From Escherichia coli (lineage in GTDB: Bacteria > Pseudomonadota > Gammaproteobacteria > Enterobacterales > Enterobacteriaceae), in NCBI RefSeq assembly GCF_009931435.1, contig NZ_CP043414.1: DNA of 64,000 bases. The stretch is one strand, 5' to 3'. Position 1 is the stretch's first letter; each line of letters begins with the position of its first letter. Below, piece by piece: positions 1 to 11,387 of this stretch. The notes beneath the pieces were generated by a model. That model had not been told where the DNA came from, searched no databases, and saw nothing but the letters and a program-made list of their open reading frames with translations. The translations under genes were made by a program, and so were the position numbers.

Positions 1-1802
1 GAGTAATAGATGTAGAACGGAATCATCGGCAGATTGTTGGTGCTGTAAGAAGTCGCCGCTGCCAGCCAGGAACAACCTGCGCCCAGCTCGTTGATCCCTT
101 CTTGCAGAATCTGACCTTTCTCGTCTTCTTTATAGTAAGCAACCTGCTCGCGGTCCTGCGGGGTGTACTGCTGACCGTTCGGGCTGTAAATACCAATCTG
201 ACGGAACAGACCTTCCATACCGAAAGTACGCGCTTCGTCGGCGATGATCGGCACCAGACGATCTTTGATCGACTTGTTCTTCAGCATCACGTTCAGGGCA
301 CGAACGAAAGCGATAGTGGTAGAGATCTCTTTGCTCTGCTCTTCCAGCAGCGCGCCGAAGTCTTGCAAGCTCGGCAGCTCCAGCTTCTCGGTGAAGTTCG
401 GCTGGCGGCTTGGCAGATAACCGTGCAATTTCTGACGCTGAGCGTGCAGATAGGTATGCTCTTCAGAACCTTCCGGGAAGGTGATGTACGGCAGTTTTTC
501 GATATCAGCATCAGACACCGGCACATTGAAACGGTCGCGGATATGACGCACGCCGTCCATGTTCATTTTCTTAACCTGGTGCGCGATGTTTTTACCTTCA
601 GCTGCGTCGCCCATGCCGTAACCTTTAATGGTATGAGCAAGGATTACTGTCGCTTTGCCTTTGGTTTCCTGCGCTTTCTTGAATGCAGCGTAGATTTTCT
701 TCGGATCGTGACCACCACGGTTCAGCGCCCAGATCTGCTCGTCAGTCCAGTCTGCAACCAGAGCTGCGGTTTCCGGATATTTACCGAAGAAGTGTTCACG
801 AACATACGCACCATCTTTCGATTTGAAGGTCTGGTAATCGCCGTCAACGGTTTCGTTCATCAGCTGGATCAGTTTACCGCTGGTATCTTTACGCAGCAGT
901 TCGTCCCAACGGCTACCCCACATCACTTTGATCACGTTCCAGCCAGCACCTTCGAAGATGCCTTCCAGTTCGTTGATGATCTTGCCGTTACCGGTGACCG
1001 GGCCGTCAAGACGCTGCAGGTTACAGTTGATAACGAAGACCAGGTTATCCAGTTTTTCACGGGTAGCGATGGTGATCGCACCTTTGGATTCCGGTTCGTC
1101 CATCTCGCCGTCGCCGAGGAAGGCGTAAACGGTCTGTTTAGAAGTATCTTTCAGGCCACGGTGTTCCAGATATTTCAGGAATTTAGCCTGGTAAATAGCA
1201 CCAATCGGACCCAGACCCATAGATACGGTCGGGAACTGCCAGAATTCCGGCATCAGTTTCGGGTGCGGATAGGAAGAGAGGCCATTGCCGTGAACTTCCT
1301 GACGGAAGTTATCCAGCTGCTCTTGAGTCAGACGACCTTCCAGGAAAGCACGTGCGTAAATGCCCGGGGAGATGTGGCCCTGGAAGTAAACCAGGTCGCC
1401 GCCATCCTGCTCGTTGCGTGCACGGAAGAAGTGGTTAAAGCACACATCATAAATGGTTGCGGACGACTGGAAGGACGCCATGTGGCCGCCCAGTTCGAGG
1501 TCTTTTTTCGACGCACGCAGAACCGTCATGATGGCGTTCCAGCGGATAGCTGAACGAATACGGCGTTCCAGTTCCAGATTACCCGGATACTCCGGTTGTT
1601 CTTCAACGGGGATGGTGTTGATGTAGTTGCTGATACCGGTGCCTGCGGCTACGTTGACACCGCCTTTGCGGGCTTCAGCAAGCAGTTGGTCGATCAGATA
1701 CTGAGCACGCTCAACACCTTCTTCACGGATGACCGATTCGATCGCCTGGAGCCAGTCGCGAGTTTCGATCGGATCCACGTCATTTGGGAAACGTTCTGAC
1801 AT
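1..1802 (-). CDS. aceE: Pyruvate dehydrogenase E1 component, N-terminal ~600 codons (3' end lies beyond window start)
   Basis: Reverse-complement of 1741-1802 translates MSERFPNDVDPIETRDWLQAI; reverse-complement of 1-120 gives ...EKGQILQEGINELGAGCSWLAAATSYSTNNLPMIPFYIYY, matching remembered AceE. Not in ORF track because no stop in window. The + strand track ORF 102..1553 is its antisense shadow. Confidence 0.93.
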   Translation of the reverse strand, partial: MSERFPNDVDPIETRDWLQAIESVIREEGVERAQYLIDQLLAEARKGGVNVAAGTGISNYINTIPVEEQPEYPGNLELERRIRSAIRWNAIMTVLRASKKDLELGGHMASFQSSATIYDVCFNHFFRARNEQDGGDLVYFQGHISPGIYARAFLEGRLTQEQLDNFRQEVHGNGLSSYPHPKLMPEFWQFPTVSMGLGPIGAIYQAKFLKYLEHRGLKDTSKQTVYAFLGDGEMDEPESKGAITIATREKLDNLVFVINCNLQRLDGPVTGNGKIINELEGIFEGAGWNVIKVMWGSRWDELLRKDTSGKLIQLMNETVDGDYQTFKSKDGAYVREHFFGKYPETAALVADWTDEQIWALNRGGHDPKKIYAAFKKAQETKGKATVILAHTIKGYGMGDAAEGKNIAHQVKKMNMDGVRHIRDRFNVPVSDADIEKLPYITFPEGSEEHTYLHAQRQKLHGYLPSRQPNFTEKLELPSLQDFGALLEEQSKEISTTIAFVRALNVMLKNKSIKDRLVPIIADEARTFGMEGLFRQIGIYSPNGQQYTPQDREQVAYYKEDEKGQILQEGINELGAGCSWLAAATSYSTNNLPMIPFYIYY

Positions 1803-1962
1803 GGGTTATTCCTTATCTATCTAATAACGTTGAGTTTTCTGGAACCTGTCCCATTGAACTCTCGCCGGAAAGCTCAATAAGACAGGTTCTACGTTTAGTT
1901 GCCGCGCTTTTATATGCGCTTGATTTACAACATCTTCTGGATAATTTTTACCAGAAAAATCA

Positions 1963-2727
1963 CTAATTCTTTCGTTGTTCCAGACGACGCAGAGAACGCT
2001 CACGGCGGCTCTCTTCACGGCTTCTGTCGAGCAAAATTTCTTCGATAAAGGCCAGATGGCGATGCGATGCTTCGCGCGCTTCTTCCGGCTTACCGGCCAT
2101 AATCGCTTCGAATATGCGAGTGCGGTGACTACTCACCAGCGGCAGCATCTCGCGACGCGAATAGAGCAATTCGAAGTTCTGACGGACATTCTGAGCCAAC
2201 ATCGGCTCCATACACCTTAGCAGATGAAGCAGAACTACATTGTGGGCTGCTTCGGTGACGGCAATCTGATACTGGAGGACGGCGTTTGATTCCGCGTCCA
2301 GATCGCCAGACTGCTGCGCCAGCTCTATGGCGTGGTGGAGTTCACGGATGCGTTCCTTGTCTTCATCGGTACTACGCAGCGCGGCGTAATAGGCGGCGAT
2401 ACCTTCCAGGGCGTGTCGTGTTTCGAGCAAGTCATACTGTGATTCAGGATGGTCGGAGAGCAGCTCCACCAGCGGATCGCTGAAACTTTGCCAGAGGCTG
2501 CTCTGAACAAAAGTGCCGCCACCCTGGCGACGAAGCAACAAGCCCTTTGCTTCGAGACGTTGAATCGCCTCACGCAAGGAGGGACGGGAGACGTCGAACT
2601 GTTTCGCCAGTTCGCGTTCCGGTGGGAGTTTTTCGCCCGGGCGGAGTGTGCCTTCGAGGATCAAAAACTCCAGTTGCTGCTCAATCACATCGGAGAGTTT
2701 TGGTTGGCGGATTTTGCTGTAGGCCAT
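1963..2727 (-). CDS. pdhR: Pyruvate dehydrogenase complex repressor (GntR family), 254 aa
   Basis: Track ORF 1963..2760 trimmed to internal Met ([14 protein letters not shown]...) that matches the known 254-aa PdhR; ATG at 2725-2727. Confidence 0.93.
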
Positions 2728-2758
2728 GAGTTCCTGTCTTAAGCCACTTGCCGAAGTC

Positions 2759-2775
2759 AATTGGTCTTACCAATT
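2759..2775. promoter_or_regulatory. PdhR operator palindrome AATTGGTCTTACCAATT in pdhR promoter region
   Basis: Perfect inverted repeat ATTGGT-N3-ACCAAT read directly in sequence about 32 bp upstream of the pdhR start; matches the PdhR box consensus from memory. Confidence 0.7.
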
Positions 2776-3179
2776 TCATGTCTGTGACGCTAAAGTAACA
2801 AAGTATTCACCTCATGTCCATACAGGTTTTGATTGAAATCATGAAACTGTGCACATTTTAACAAGTTGACATATATAACGTTTCAAAGTTGTAACTATGC
2901 ACAAATGTAGACTTTACGTAGGAAAGGGATTTTTTAACGATTATTAAACTATAAAAATCCGAATTGAACCGATTCACTTACCAATTTATCGATTTTTAAT
3001 TCAAAAATAATGAATTTATATTCATTTTGTATGTTGAGGGGATTTGAGGCTGACCTTTACAAACGGTTCCTTTTTAAGCAACTCATCTTCAACCATGCAT
3101 AAAGCGGGTGCATTCGCTGCCGCATACCATTATTCTTTATCTGACGGAAGTCCTTTTGTAACAATTCAAACGTCTTTGA

Positions 3180-3197
3180 TGTAAACAAATTAATACA
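3180..3197. promoter_or_regulatory. Putative TyrR box (TGTAAACAAATTAATACA) in aroP promoter region
   Basis: Matches TGTAAA-N6-TTTACA consensus with 2 mismatches in right half; aroP is a known TyrR regulon member. Exact site assignment not verified. Confidence 0.4.
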
Positions 3198-3267
3198 AAA
3201 AACGGAATTGCAAACTTACACACGCATCACTGCGTAGATCAAAAAAACAATCACCGCACGAGGTTTC

Positions 3268-4641
3268 ATGATGGAAGGTCAACAGCACGGCGAGCAGCTA
3301 AAGCGCGGCCTTAAAAACCGCCATATTCAGCTTATCGCGCTGGGTGGCGCGATAGGGACCGGGCTATTTCTGGGTAGCGCCTCCGTAATACAGTCCGCAG
3401 GGCCAGGGATTATCCTGGGTTACGCCATTGCTGGTTTTATCGCCTTTCTGATCATGCGTCAGCTAGGTGAAATGGTGGTCGAAGAACCTGTCGCAGGCTC
3501 CTTTAGCCACTTTGCTTATAAATACTGGGGTAGCTTTGCCGGTTTCGCTTCTGGCTGGAACTACTGGGTACTGTACGTTTTAGTTGCCATGGCAGAGCTG
3601 ACTGCCGTGGGTAAATACATTCAGTTCTGGTATCCGGAAATCCCCACCTGGGTTTCTGCCGCCGTGTTCTTTGTGGTGATCAACGCCATCAACCTGACAA
3701 ACGTAAAAGTGTTTGGCGAGATGGAGTTCTGGTTTGCCATTATCAAAGTTATCGCAGTGGTGGCGATGATCATCTTCGGCGGCTGGCTACTGTTCAGTGG
3801 CAACGGCGGCCCGCAGGCGACCGTTAGCAACCTGTGGGATCAAGGTGGTTTCCTGCCGCACGGCTTTACCGGACTGGTGATGATGATGGCGATTATCATG
3901 TTCTCTTTCGGCGGTCTGGAACTGGTGGGGATCACCGCAGCAGAAGCTGATAATCCGGAGCAAAGTATCCCGAAAGCAACTAACCAGGTTATCTACCGCA
4001 TCCTGATTTTCTATATTGGTTCGTTAGCCGTTCTGCTCTCGCTGATGCCATGGACCCGCGTTACTGCTGATACCAGTCCGTTTGTACTGATCTTCCACGA
4101 ATTGGGCGATACCTTTGTGGCTAATGCGCTGAACATCGTGGTACTGACTGCTGCGCTCTCCGTGTACAACAGCTGCGTATATTGCAACAGCCGTATGCTG
4201 TTTGGTCTGGCACAACAGGGCAACGCGCCAAAAGCGCTGGCGTCTGTCGACAAACGCGGTGTACCGGTTAACACTATTCTGGTGTCTGCGCTGGTTACGG
4301 CATTGTGCGTGCTGATTAACTACCTTGCACCGGAATCCGCATTCGGACTGTTAATGGCGCTGGTGGTATCTGCACTGGTCATCAACTGGGCGATGATTAG
4401 CCTGGCGCATATGAAATTCCGTCGCGCCAAGCAGGAACAAGGCGTGGTAACTCGCTTCCCTGCTCTGCTTTATCCGCTGGGTAACTGGATCTGCCTGCTG
4501 TTTATGGCGGCGGTACTGGTGATTATGCTGATGACCCCAGGAATGGCGATTTCGGTATACCTGATCCCGGTATGGCTGATCGTGTTAGGTATCGGCTATC
4601 TGTTTAAAGAGAAAACCGCCAAAGCCGTAAAAGCGCATTAA
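3268..4641 (+). CDS. aroP: Aromatic amino acid:H+ symporter, 457 aa
   Basis: Track ORF; translation MMEGQQHGEQLKRGLKNRHIQLIALGGAIGTGLFLG... matches remembered AroP over its full length. Confidence 0.96.
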   Translation: MMEGQQHGEQLKRGLKNRHIQLIALGGAIGTGLFLGSASVIQSAGPGIILGYAIAGFIAFLIMRQLGEMVVEEPVAGSFSHFAYKYWGSFAGFASGWNYWVLYVLVAMAELTAVGKYIQFWYPEIPTWVSAAVFFVVINAINLTNVKVFGEMEFWFAIIKVIAVVAMIIFGGWLLFSGNGGPQATVSNLWDQGGFLPHGFTGLVMMMAIIMFSFGGLELVGITAAEADNPEQSIPKATNQVIYRILIFYIGSLAVLLSLMPWTRVTADTSPFVLIFHELGDTFVANALNIVVLTAALSVYNSCVYCNSRMLFGLAQQGNAPKALASVDKRGVPVNTILVSALVTALCVLINYLAPESAFGLLMALVVSALVINWAMISLAHMKFRRAKQEQGVVTRFPALLYPLGNWICLLFMAAVLVIMLMTPGMAISVYLIPVWLIVLGIGYLFKEKTAKAVKAH

Positions 4642-4650
4642 TCTCTCTAC

Positions 4651-4675
4651 GCCCTCACCCGTGCAGGGTGAGGGC
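4651..4675. terminator. Bidirectional intrinsic terminator hairpin between convergent aroP and ampE
   Basis: GCCCTCACCC-gtgca-GGGTGAGGGC perfect 10-bp stem read in sequence, located between the aroP stop (4641) and ampE stop (4684). Confidence 0.65.
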
Positions 4676-4683
4676 AATAATCT

Positions 4684-5538
4684 TTACACCAACGCCCCGT
4701 AAATCGTCAGTAGCGCAATTACCACCACGACCACGAACGAGGTTTTCTTCGCCATGGAAACCGCTGCCTTCGGCGTCTCCACCTTATCGACATGCGGTTC
4801 ACGCGCCAGAGAGAACTGTGCCAGACGTGTTAATACCTGATATTGCGAAGTATGGAAATCACCCAGCGAAGCAAACCAGGCCGGTAACGCTTTTTCCCCA
4901 TGACCGATCAAGGCATATACCACACCCGCAAGACGAACCGGCACCCAATCCAGTACATGAAGCACGGCATCAATGCCGGACTGTAAACGATGATGCGGCG
5001 TCTGGTAACGCGCCAGCCAGTATTGCCATGCACGCAAAAACGCATACCCCATCAGCGTAACGGGTCCCCAGGTTCCCCCCACAATCAGCCAGAACAACGG
5101 AGCAAGATAAAAACGAAAGTTAATCCACAGCAATGCATTTTGCAGCTCACGCAAATACTCACGTTCATCGCAGCCTGCTGGGACGCCGTGAATCATGGTG
5201 AGTTCGCCAGCCATCGTGGCACGGGCATGGCTATCATTACGTGAAGCAGCTGTCAGATAAGCATGATAATGAAGACGAACTTTACCTGCGCCAATACACA
5301 GCAAACCAATCAGCAGCCACACCAGCAGCGTGGGAACGTTGAACAATACTCCCTGCAATGCGCGTAACAGTAAAAAAGTCACGCCCATCGCAATAATGGT
5401 CATGCCTAATGTGCGCCCGAGAGAAAAATGTTTCACCCGCCGGAAGAACGCCTCAAGACGATGATCAAGCTGCCAGTGCTCGCCCAGCTTAAACAGGCGC
5501 TCGAAAATTAACACCAATAGGGTTGTAAACAGCGTCAT
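4684..5538 (-). CDS. ampE: AmpE inner membrane protein, 284 aa
   Basis: Track ORF 4684..5577 trimmed to [22 protein letters not shown]... (known AmpE N-terminus); start overlaps ampD stop by 4 nt. Confidence 0.93.
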
Positions 5539-6086
5539 GTTGTCTCCTTGCTGACCAGGGCGCGAAACCGTGCCCAATCAAAGGCGGGGCCGGGATCGGT
5601 TTTCCGATCCGGCGCAATATCACAATGGCCCGTCATGTTATTAGCGATATCTGGATAGCGATCAATCAGTGCCCGCGTAACCGCCGCAAGCTGTTGATAC
5701 TGCGCATCGGTATACGCCAGCGTATCGGTGCCTTCCAGCTCAATCCCAATAGAAAAATCATTGCAGCGTTCGCGCCCCTGATACTGAGAGACTCCGGCAT
5801 GCCAGGCACGTTTATCGAAAGGAACATACTGGACTATTTCACCATCGCGGCGAATCAAACAGTGAGCGGAGACGCGCAAATGGGCGATCTCAGCAAAGAA
5901 AGGATGTGCCTGCGGATCAATAGTTCCAGTGAATAATGCGTCGATCCACGGACCGCCAAACTCGCCTGGCGGCAGGCTAATATTGTGCACCACCAGCAGG
6001 GTGGGTGTTTCGTCATCCGGGCGGCAATCGTAATGTGGTGAGGGAACGCGGCGCGCGCCAACCAGCCACCCCTGTTCTAACAACAT
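5535..6086 (-). CDS. ampD: 1,6-anhydro-N-acetylmuramyl-L-alanine amidase, 183 aa
   Basis: Track ORF; [45 protein letters not shown]... matches AmpD. Confidence 0.95.
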
Positions 6087-6113
6087 GCAGGATCTCCTTA
6101 TATGTGGTGCTAA

Positions 6114-7067
<954 letters not shown>

Positions 7068-7269
7068 TTGCTGACAGATTTATCCGCTCCATCGCGGGCG
7101 GATAATCTCCCCTTTCCCAACTTTCTTCGTAACGCCTCGCAAATTTCTTGTCTTTCGCTGCAACGTAATAAAAAACTCCGGAAGCTGCTTTCCCGTTTCG
7201 TTTTTTGCCCCTCGCTTGTGCTGATGGCGTTTGCCAAAGTAGCGCCAACCAAATCAAGGAGCGAAACAA

Positions 7270-7710
7270 ATGGACAAGCAACGCGGTTTTACACTTATCG
7301 AACTGATGGTGGTTATTGGCATCATTGCCATTTTAAGCGCCATTGGTATTCCCGCTTATCAAAACTACCTGCGCAAAGCCGCACTCACCGACATGCTACA
7401 AACCTTTGTGCCTTACCGTACCGCCGTAGAGTTGTGCGCGCTGGAACATGGTGGATTAGATACCTGCGACGGTGGCAGCAATGGCATTCCCTCGCCTACC
7501 ACCACCCGCTATGTTTCAGCCATGAGTGTGGCAAAGGGCGTGGTGTCGCTGACCGGGCAAGAAAGTCTCAATGGGCTAAGCGTCGTTATGACACCGGGTT
7601 GGGATAACGCAAACGGCGTCACCGGCTGGACGCGCAACTGCAATATTCAAAGTGACAGCGCATTGCAGCAAGCCTGCGAAGATGTCTTTCGCTTTGATGA
7701 CGCCAACTAA
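7270..7710 (+). CDS. ppdD: Type IV prepilin-like protein (prepilin peptidase-dependent protein D), 146 aa
   Basis: Track ORF; MDKQRGFTLIELMVVIGIIAILSAIGIPAYQNY... carries the class-III signal/N-methylation motif G-FTLIE. Confidence 0.95.
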   Translation: MDKQRGFTLIELMVVIGIIAILSAIGIPAYQNYLRKAALTDMLQTFVPYRTAVELCALEHGGLDTCDGGSNGIPSPTTTRYVSAMSVAKGVVSLTGQESLNGLSVVMTPGWDNANGVTGWTRNCNIQSDSALQQACEDVFRFDDAN

Positions 7711-7719
7711 GGAGCGGCA

Positions 7720-9117
7720 ATGAATATTCCACAGCTCACCGCCCTGTGTCTGCGTTATCAGGGAGTCTTGCTGGATGCCAGCGAAGAGGTGGTTCATGTT
7801 GCGGTGGTTGATGCCCCTTCGCATGAGCTACTGGACGCATTGCATTTCGCTACCACCAAACGTATTGAGATCACCTGCTGGACGCGCCAACAAATGGAAG
7901 GTCACGCCAGTCGCACCCAACAGACATTGCCCGTAGCTATTCATGAGAAGCATCAGCCCAAAGCAGAGTTGCTGACTCGAACGTTACAATCTGCGCTGGA
8001 ACAACGCGCGTCTGATATTCATATCGAACCAGCGGACAATGCCTACCGCATCCGCTTGCGTATCGACGGTGTATTGCATCCTTTACCGGATGTTTTACCG
8101 GATGTTTTACCGGATGCCGGAGTCGCATTAACCGCCAGATTAAAAGTGCTGGGCAACCTGGATATTGCGGAACATCGCCTGCCGCAGGACGGGCAATTCA
8201 CTGTCGAACTGGCAGGAAACGCCGTCTCATTTCGTATTGCGACCTTACCATGCCAGGGTGGTGAAAAGGTGGTATTAAGGTTGTTACAGCAGGTGAGCCA
8301 GGCACTGGATATCAACACGCTGGGGATGCAGCCGTTACAACTGGCGGACTTTGCTCATGCCTTGCAACAACCACAGGGACTGGTGCTGGTAACTGGCCCT
8401 ACAGGCAGCGGCAAAACGGTCACGCTTTATAGTGCCCTGCAAACGCTGAATACCGCTGACATTAATATTTGTAGCGTCGAAGATCCGGTTGAGATCCCCA
8501 TAGCCGGACTAAACCAGACGCAAATCCATCCGCGTGCCGGTCTTACCTTTCAGGGCGTTTTGCGTGCGTTATTGCGCCAGGACCCTGACGTCATCATGAT
8601 CGGAGAGATCCGCGATGGCGAAACAGCAGAGATCGCTATTAAAGCGGCGCAAACCGGTCACCTGGTGTTGTCTACCCTACACACCAATTCCACCACTGAA
8701 ACGCTGGTACGTTTACAGCAAATGGGAGTCGCCCGCTGGATGCTCTCATCGGCGCTTACGCTGGTAATAGCCCAGCGTCTGGTACGCAAACTTTGCCCGC
8801 ATTGTCGCCAGCAGCAAGGGGAGCCCATCCATATTCCAGACAATGTATGGCCGTCGCCGCTGCCCCGCTGGCAAGCACCCGGTTGTGTACATTGCTACCA
8901 CGGTTTTTATGGTCGCACGGCCTTATTTGAAGTTCTGCCCATAACACCGTTCATACGTCAGCTTATTTCCGCTAATACCGACGTTGAATCGCTGGAAACG
9001 CACGCCCGACAGGCGGGTATGCGAACGCTTTTTGAAAACGGCTGCCTGGCCGTGGAGCAAGGCTTAACCACCTTTGAAGAGTTAATCCGCGTATTGGGAA
9101 TGCCGTATGGCGAGTAA
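7720..9117 (+). CDS. hofB: Type IV pilus assembly ATPase (PilB/GspE family), 465 aa; contains in-frame 12-bp tandem duplication
   Basis: Track ORF; MNIPQLTALCLRYQGVLLDASEEVVHVAVVD..., Walker A GPTGSGKT present. 4 aa longer than the 461-aa K-12 HofB as I recall it. Confidence 0.93.
   Translation: MNIPQLTALCLRYQGVLLDASEEVVHVAVVDAPSHELLDALHFATTKRIEITCWTRQQMEGHASRTQQTLPVAIHEKHQPKAELLTRTLQSALEQRASDIHIEPADNAYRIRLRIDGVLHPLPDVLPDVLPDAGVALTARLKVLGNLDIAEHRLPQDGQFTVELAGNAVSFRIATLPCQGGEKVVLRLLQQVSQALDINTLGMQPLQLADFAHALQQPQGLVLVTGPTGSGKTVTLYSALQTLNTADINICSVEDPVEIPIAGLNQTQIHPRAGLTFQGVLRALLRQDPDVIMIGEIRDGETAEIAIKAAQTGHLVLSTLHTNSTTETLVRLQQMGVARWMLSSALTLVIAQRLVRKLCPHCRQQQGEPIHIPDNVWPSPLPRWQAPGCVHCYHGFYGRTALFEVLPITPFIRQLISANTDVESLETHARQAGMRTLFENGCLAVEQGLTTFEELIRVLGMPYGE
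8082..8116 (+). repeat. Tandem 12-bp repeat (CCGGATGTTTTA x2 plus partial third) inside hofB, encoding PDVL-PDVL-PDA
   Basis: Read directly: tttaCCGGATGTTTTACCGGATGTTTTACCGGATGCC; in frame with hofB. Confidence 0.9.
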
Positions 9118-10309
9118 GCAACTCTGGCGCTGGCGTGGCATAACCGGCGACGGCAATGCGCAAGATGGGATGCTATGGGCAGAGAGCCGTGCTTTGCTGC
9201 TCATAGCACTACAGCAACAGATGGTTACCCCACTTAGCCTGAAGCGAATCGCCATCAATTCTGCGCAGTGGCGAGGAGATAAAAGCGCGGAAGTCATTCA
9301 TCAACTGGCGACGCTACTCAAAGCCGGGTTAACGCTTTCTGAAGGGCTGGCACTGCTGGCGGAACAGCATCCCAGTAAGCAATGGCAAGCGTTGCTGCAA
9401 TCGCTGGCGCACGATCTCGAACAGGGCATTGCTTTTTCCAATGCCTTATTACCCTGGTCAGAGGTATTTCCGCCGCTCTATCAGGCAATGATCCGCACGG
9501 GGGAATTGACTGGTAAGTTAGATGAATGTTGCTTTGAACTTGCTCGACAGCAAAAAGCCCAACGTCAGTTAGCCGATAAAGTGAAATCAGCGTTGCGTTA
9601 TCCCATCATCATTTTAGCGATGGCAATCATGGTGGTTGTGGCAATGCTGCATTTTGTACTGCCGGAGTTTGCTGCTATCTACAAGACCTTTAACACCCCA
9701 TTACCGGCGCTAACGCAGGGGATCATGACGCTGGCAGACTTTAGTGGCGAATGGGGCTGGCTGCTGCTGTTGTTCGGCTTACTGCTGGCAATAGCCAATA
9801 AGTTGCTGGTGCGCCGCCCGACCTGGCTCATCGTGAGGCAAAAATCACTGTTACGCATCCCAATTATGGGTTCACTGATGCGAGGGCAAAAACTCACGCA
9901 GATCTTTACGATTCTGGCGCTGACACAAAGTGCAGGCATTACTTTTTTACAGGGCGTAGAGAGCGTCAGAGCAACAATGCGCTGTCAGTACTGGGAGCAA
10001 CTTCTGACACAAATCCAGCACGATATCAGTAACGGTCATCCTATCTGGCTGGCGCTAAAAAATGCCGGTGAGTTTAGCCCGCTCTGTTTGCAATTAGTGA
10101 GAACAGGAGAGGCATCCGGTTCGCTGGATCTCATGTTAGACAACCTCGCCCGTCATCATCGGGATAACACCATGGCGCTGGCGGATAACCTTGCAGCCTT
10201 GCTCGAACCGGTGTTGCTGGTCATAACGGGAGGAATTATCGGTACGCTAGTGGTGGCAATGTATTTGCCAATTTTCCATTTAGGCGATGCGATGAGTGGG
10301 ATGGGATAA
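9107..10309 (+). CDS. hofC: Type IV pilus inner-membrane platform protein (PilC/GspF family), 400 aa
   Basis: Track ORF; MASKQLWRWRGITGDGNAQDGMLWAESRALL...; overlaps hofB 3' end by 11 nt. Confidence 0.94.
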   Translation: MASKQLWRWRGITGDGNAQDGMLWAESRALLLIALQQQMVTPLSLKRIAINSAQWRGDKSAEVIHQLATLLKAGLTLSEGLALLAEQHPSKQWQALLQSLAHDLEQGIAFSNALLPWSEVFPPLYQAMIRTGELTGKLDECCFELARQQKAQRQLADKVKSALRYPIIILAMAIMVVVAMLHFVLPEFAAIYKTFNTPLPALTQGIMTLADFSGEWGWLLLLFGLLLAIANKLLVRRPTWLIVRQKSLLRIPIMGSLMRGQKLTQIFTILALTQSAGITFLQGVESVRATMRCQYWEQLLTQIQHDISNGHPIWLALKNAGEFSPLCLQLVRTGEASGSLDLMLDNLARHHRDNTMALADNLAALLEPVLLVITGGIIGTLVVAMYLPIFHLGDAMSGMG

Positions 10310-10310
10310 C

Positions 10311-10334
10311 GCTGGCGTGTTACTCCACGCCAGC
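10311..10334. terminator. Hairpin between convergent hofC and guaC
   Basis: GCTGGCGTG-ttactc-CACGCCAGC perfect 9-bp stem immediately after the hofC stop. Confidence 0.55.
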
Positions 10335-10343
10335 ATTGGGAGA

Positions 10344-11387
10344 TTACAGATTGTTGAAGATGCGGTTTTCTTGTTCCTGTACACGGATAAATGTGGTGCG
10401 CTTGGTCAGCTCTTTCAGGCGTGCAGCCCCAACGTATGTACAAGCTGAACGCAGGCCGCCCAAAATATCACGCGCGGTATTTTCAACCGGGCCTCGCAGC
10501 GGCAGCTTAACGGTTTTACCTTCTGCTGCGCGATATTCCGCAACGCCGCCAACGTGACGTTTCATCGCAGACTCGGAGCTCATGCCGTAGAACAGCATAA
10601 ATTTCTCGCCGTTCTCCTCAACGATGCGACCACCGCTCTCTTCGTGGCCCGCCAGCATGCCGCCAAGCATGACGAAATCGGCACCGCCGCCAAAGGCTTT
10701 CGCGACATCGCCCGGCGTGGTGCAGCCACCGTCGCTGACGATCATTCCGCCCAGACCATGCGCAGCATCGGCACATTCGATCACCGCAGAAAGTTGCGGA
10801 TAACCGACGCCTGTTTTGACGCGAGTTGTACAAACAGAACCTGGGCCAATGCCAACTTTAACGATATCAGCACCGGAGAGGATAAGCTCCTCACACATTT
10901 CACCTGTCACGACGTTGCCAGCACAAATGGTTTTGGTCGGCCACGCTTCACGCGCTTTCGCAACGAACTGCACGAAGTGTTCGGAATAACCATTCGCCAC
11001 GTCAATACAAACGAAGTTTAATGCCGGGTTCAGGTCGAGAATCTGTTTAGTTTTTTCGAAGTCCGCATCAGACGTACCGGTAGAAACCATCACATGTTTC
11101 AGCACATCAGCGGAAGAATTGTTGATAAACGCTTGCCACTCTTCGACAGAATAGTGTTTATGCACAGCAGTCAGAATATCAAAAGAAGCCAGCGCAGAGG
11201 CCATAGAAAATGTGCCTACGGTGTCCATATTTGCGGCGATAATCGGCACGCCGGACCAGCTCTGACCTGAATGTTTGAAGGTGAATTGACGTTCCAGTTC
11301 AACATCGGAACGGCTTTTAAGAGTGGAGCGTTTAGGGCGGATGAGAACGTCTTTAAAACCTAACTTCAGATCTTCTTCAATACGCAT
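10344..11387 (-). CDS. guaC: GMP reductase, 347 aa
   Basis: Track ORF; [60 protein letters not shown]... matches GuaC. Confidence 0.96.
   Translation of the reverse strand: MRIEEDLKLGFKDVLIRPKRSTLKSRSDVELERQFTFKHSGQSWSGVPIIAANMDTVGTFSMASALASFDILTAVHKHYSVEEWQAFINNSSADVLKHVMVSTGTSDADFEKTKQILDLNPALNFVCIDVANGYSEHFVQFVAKAREAWPTKTICAGNVVTGEMCEELILSGADIVKVGIGPGSVCTTRVKTGVGYPQLSAVIECADAAHGLGGMIVSDGGCTTPGDVAKAFGGGADFVMLGGMLAGHEESGGRIVEENGEKFMLFYGMSSESAMKRHVGGVAEYRAAEGKTVKLPLRGPVENTARDILGGLRSACTYVGAARLKELTKRTTFIRVQEQENRIFNNL

Noticed and set aside
102-1553. 483-aa plus-strand track ORF
   Set aside because: It is antisense to aceE, whose minus-strand translation matches AceE exactly; low-complexity product, typical shadow ORF in a GC-rich gene.
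7068-7607. 179-aa plus-strand ORF overlapping the nadC-ppdD spacer and ppdD
   Set aside because: Out of frame with ppdD, which has a textbook prepilin N-terminus; starts at a non-ATG codon with no SD.
8082-8116. Possibility that the hofB repeat is a CRISPR or other repeat array
   Set aside because: Only 2.7 copies of a 12-mer with no spacers, in frame inside a conserved gene; this is a coding microsatellite.
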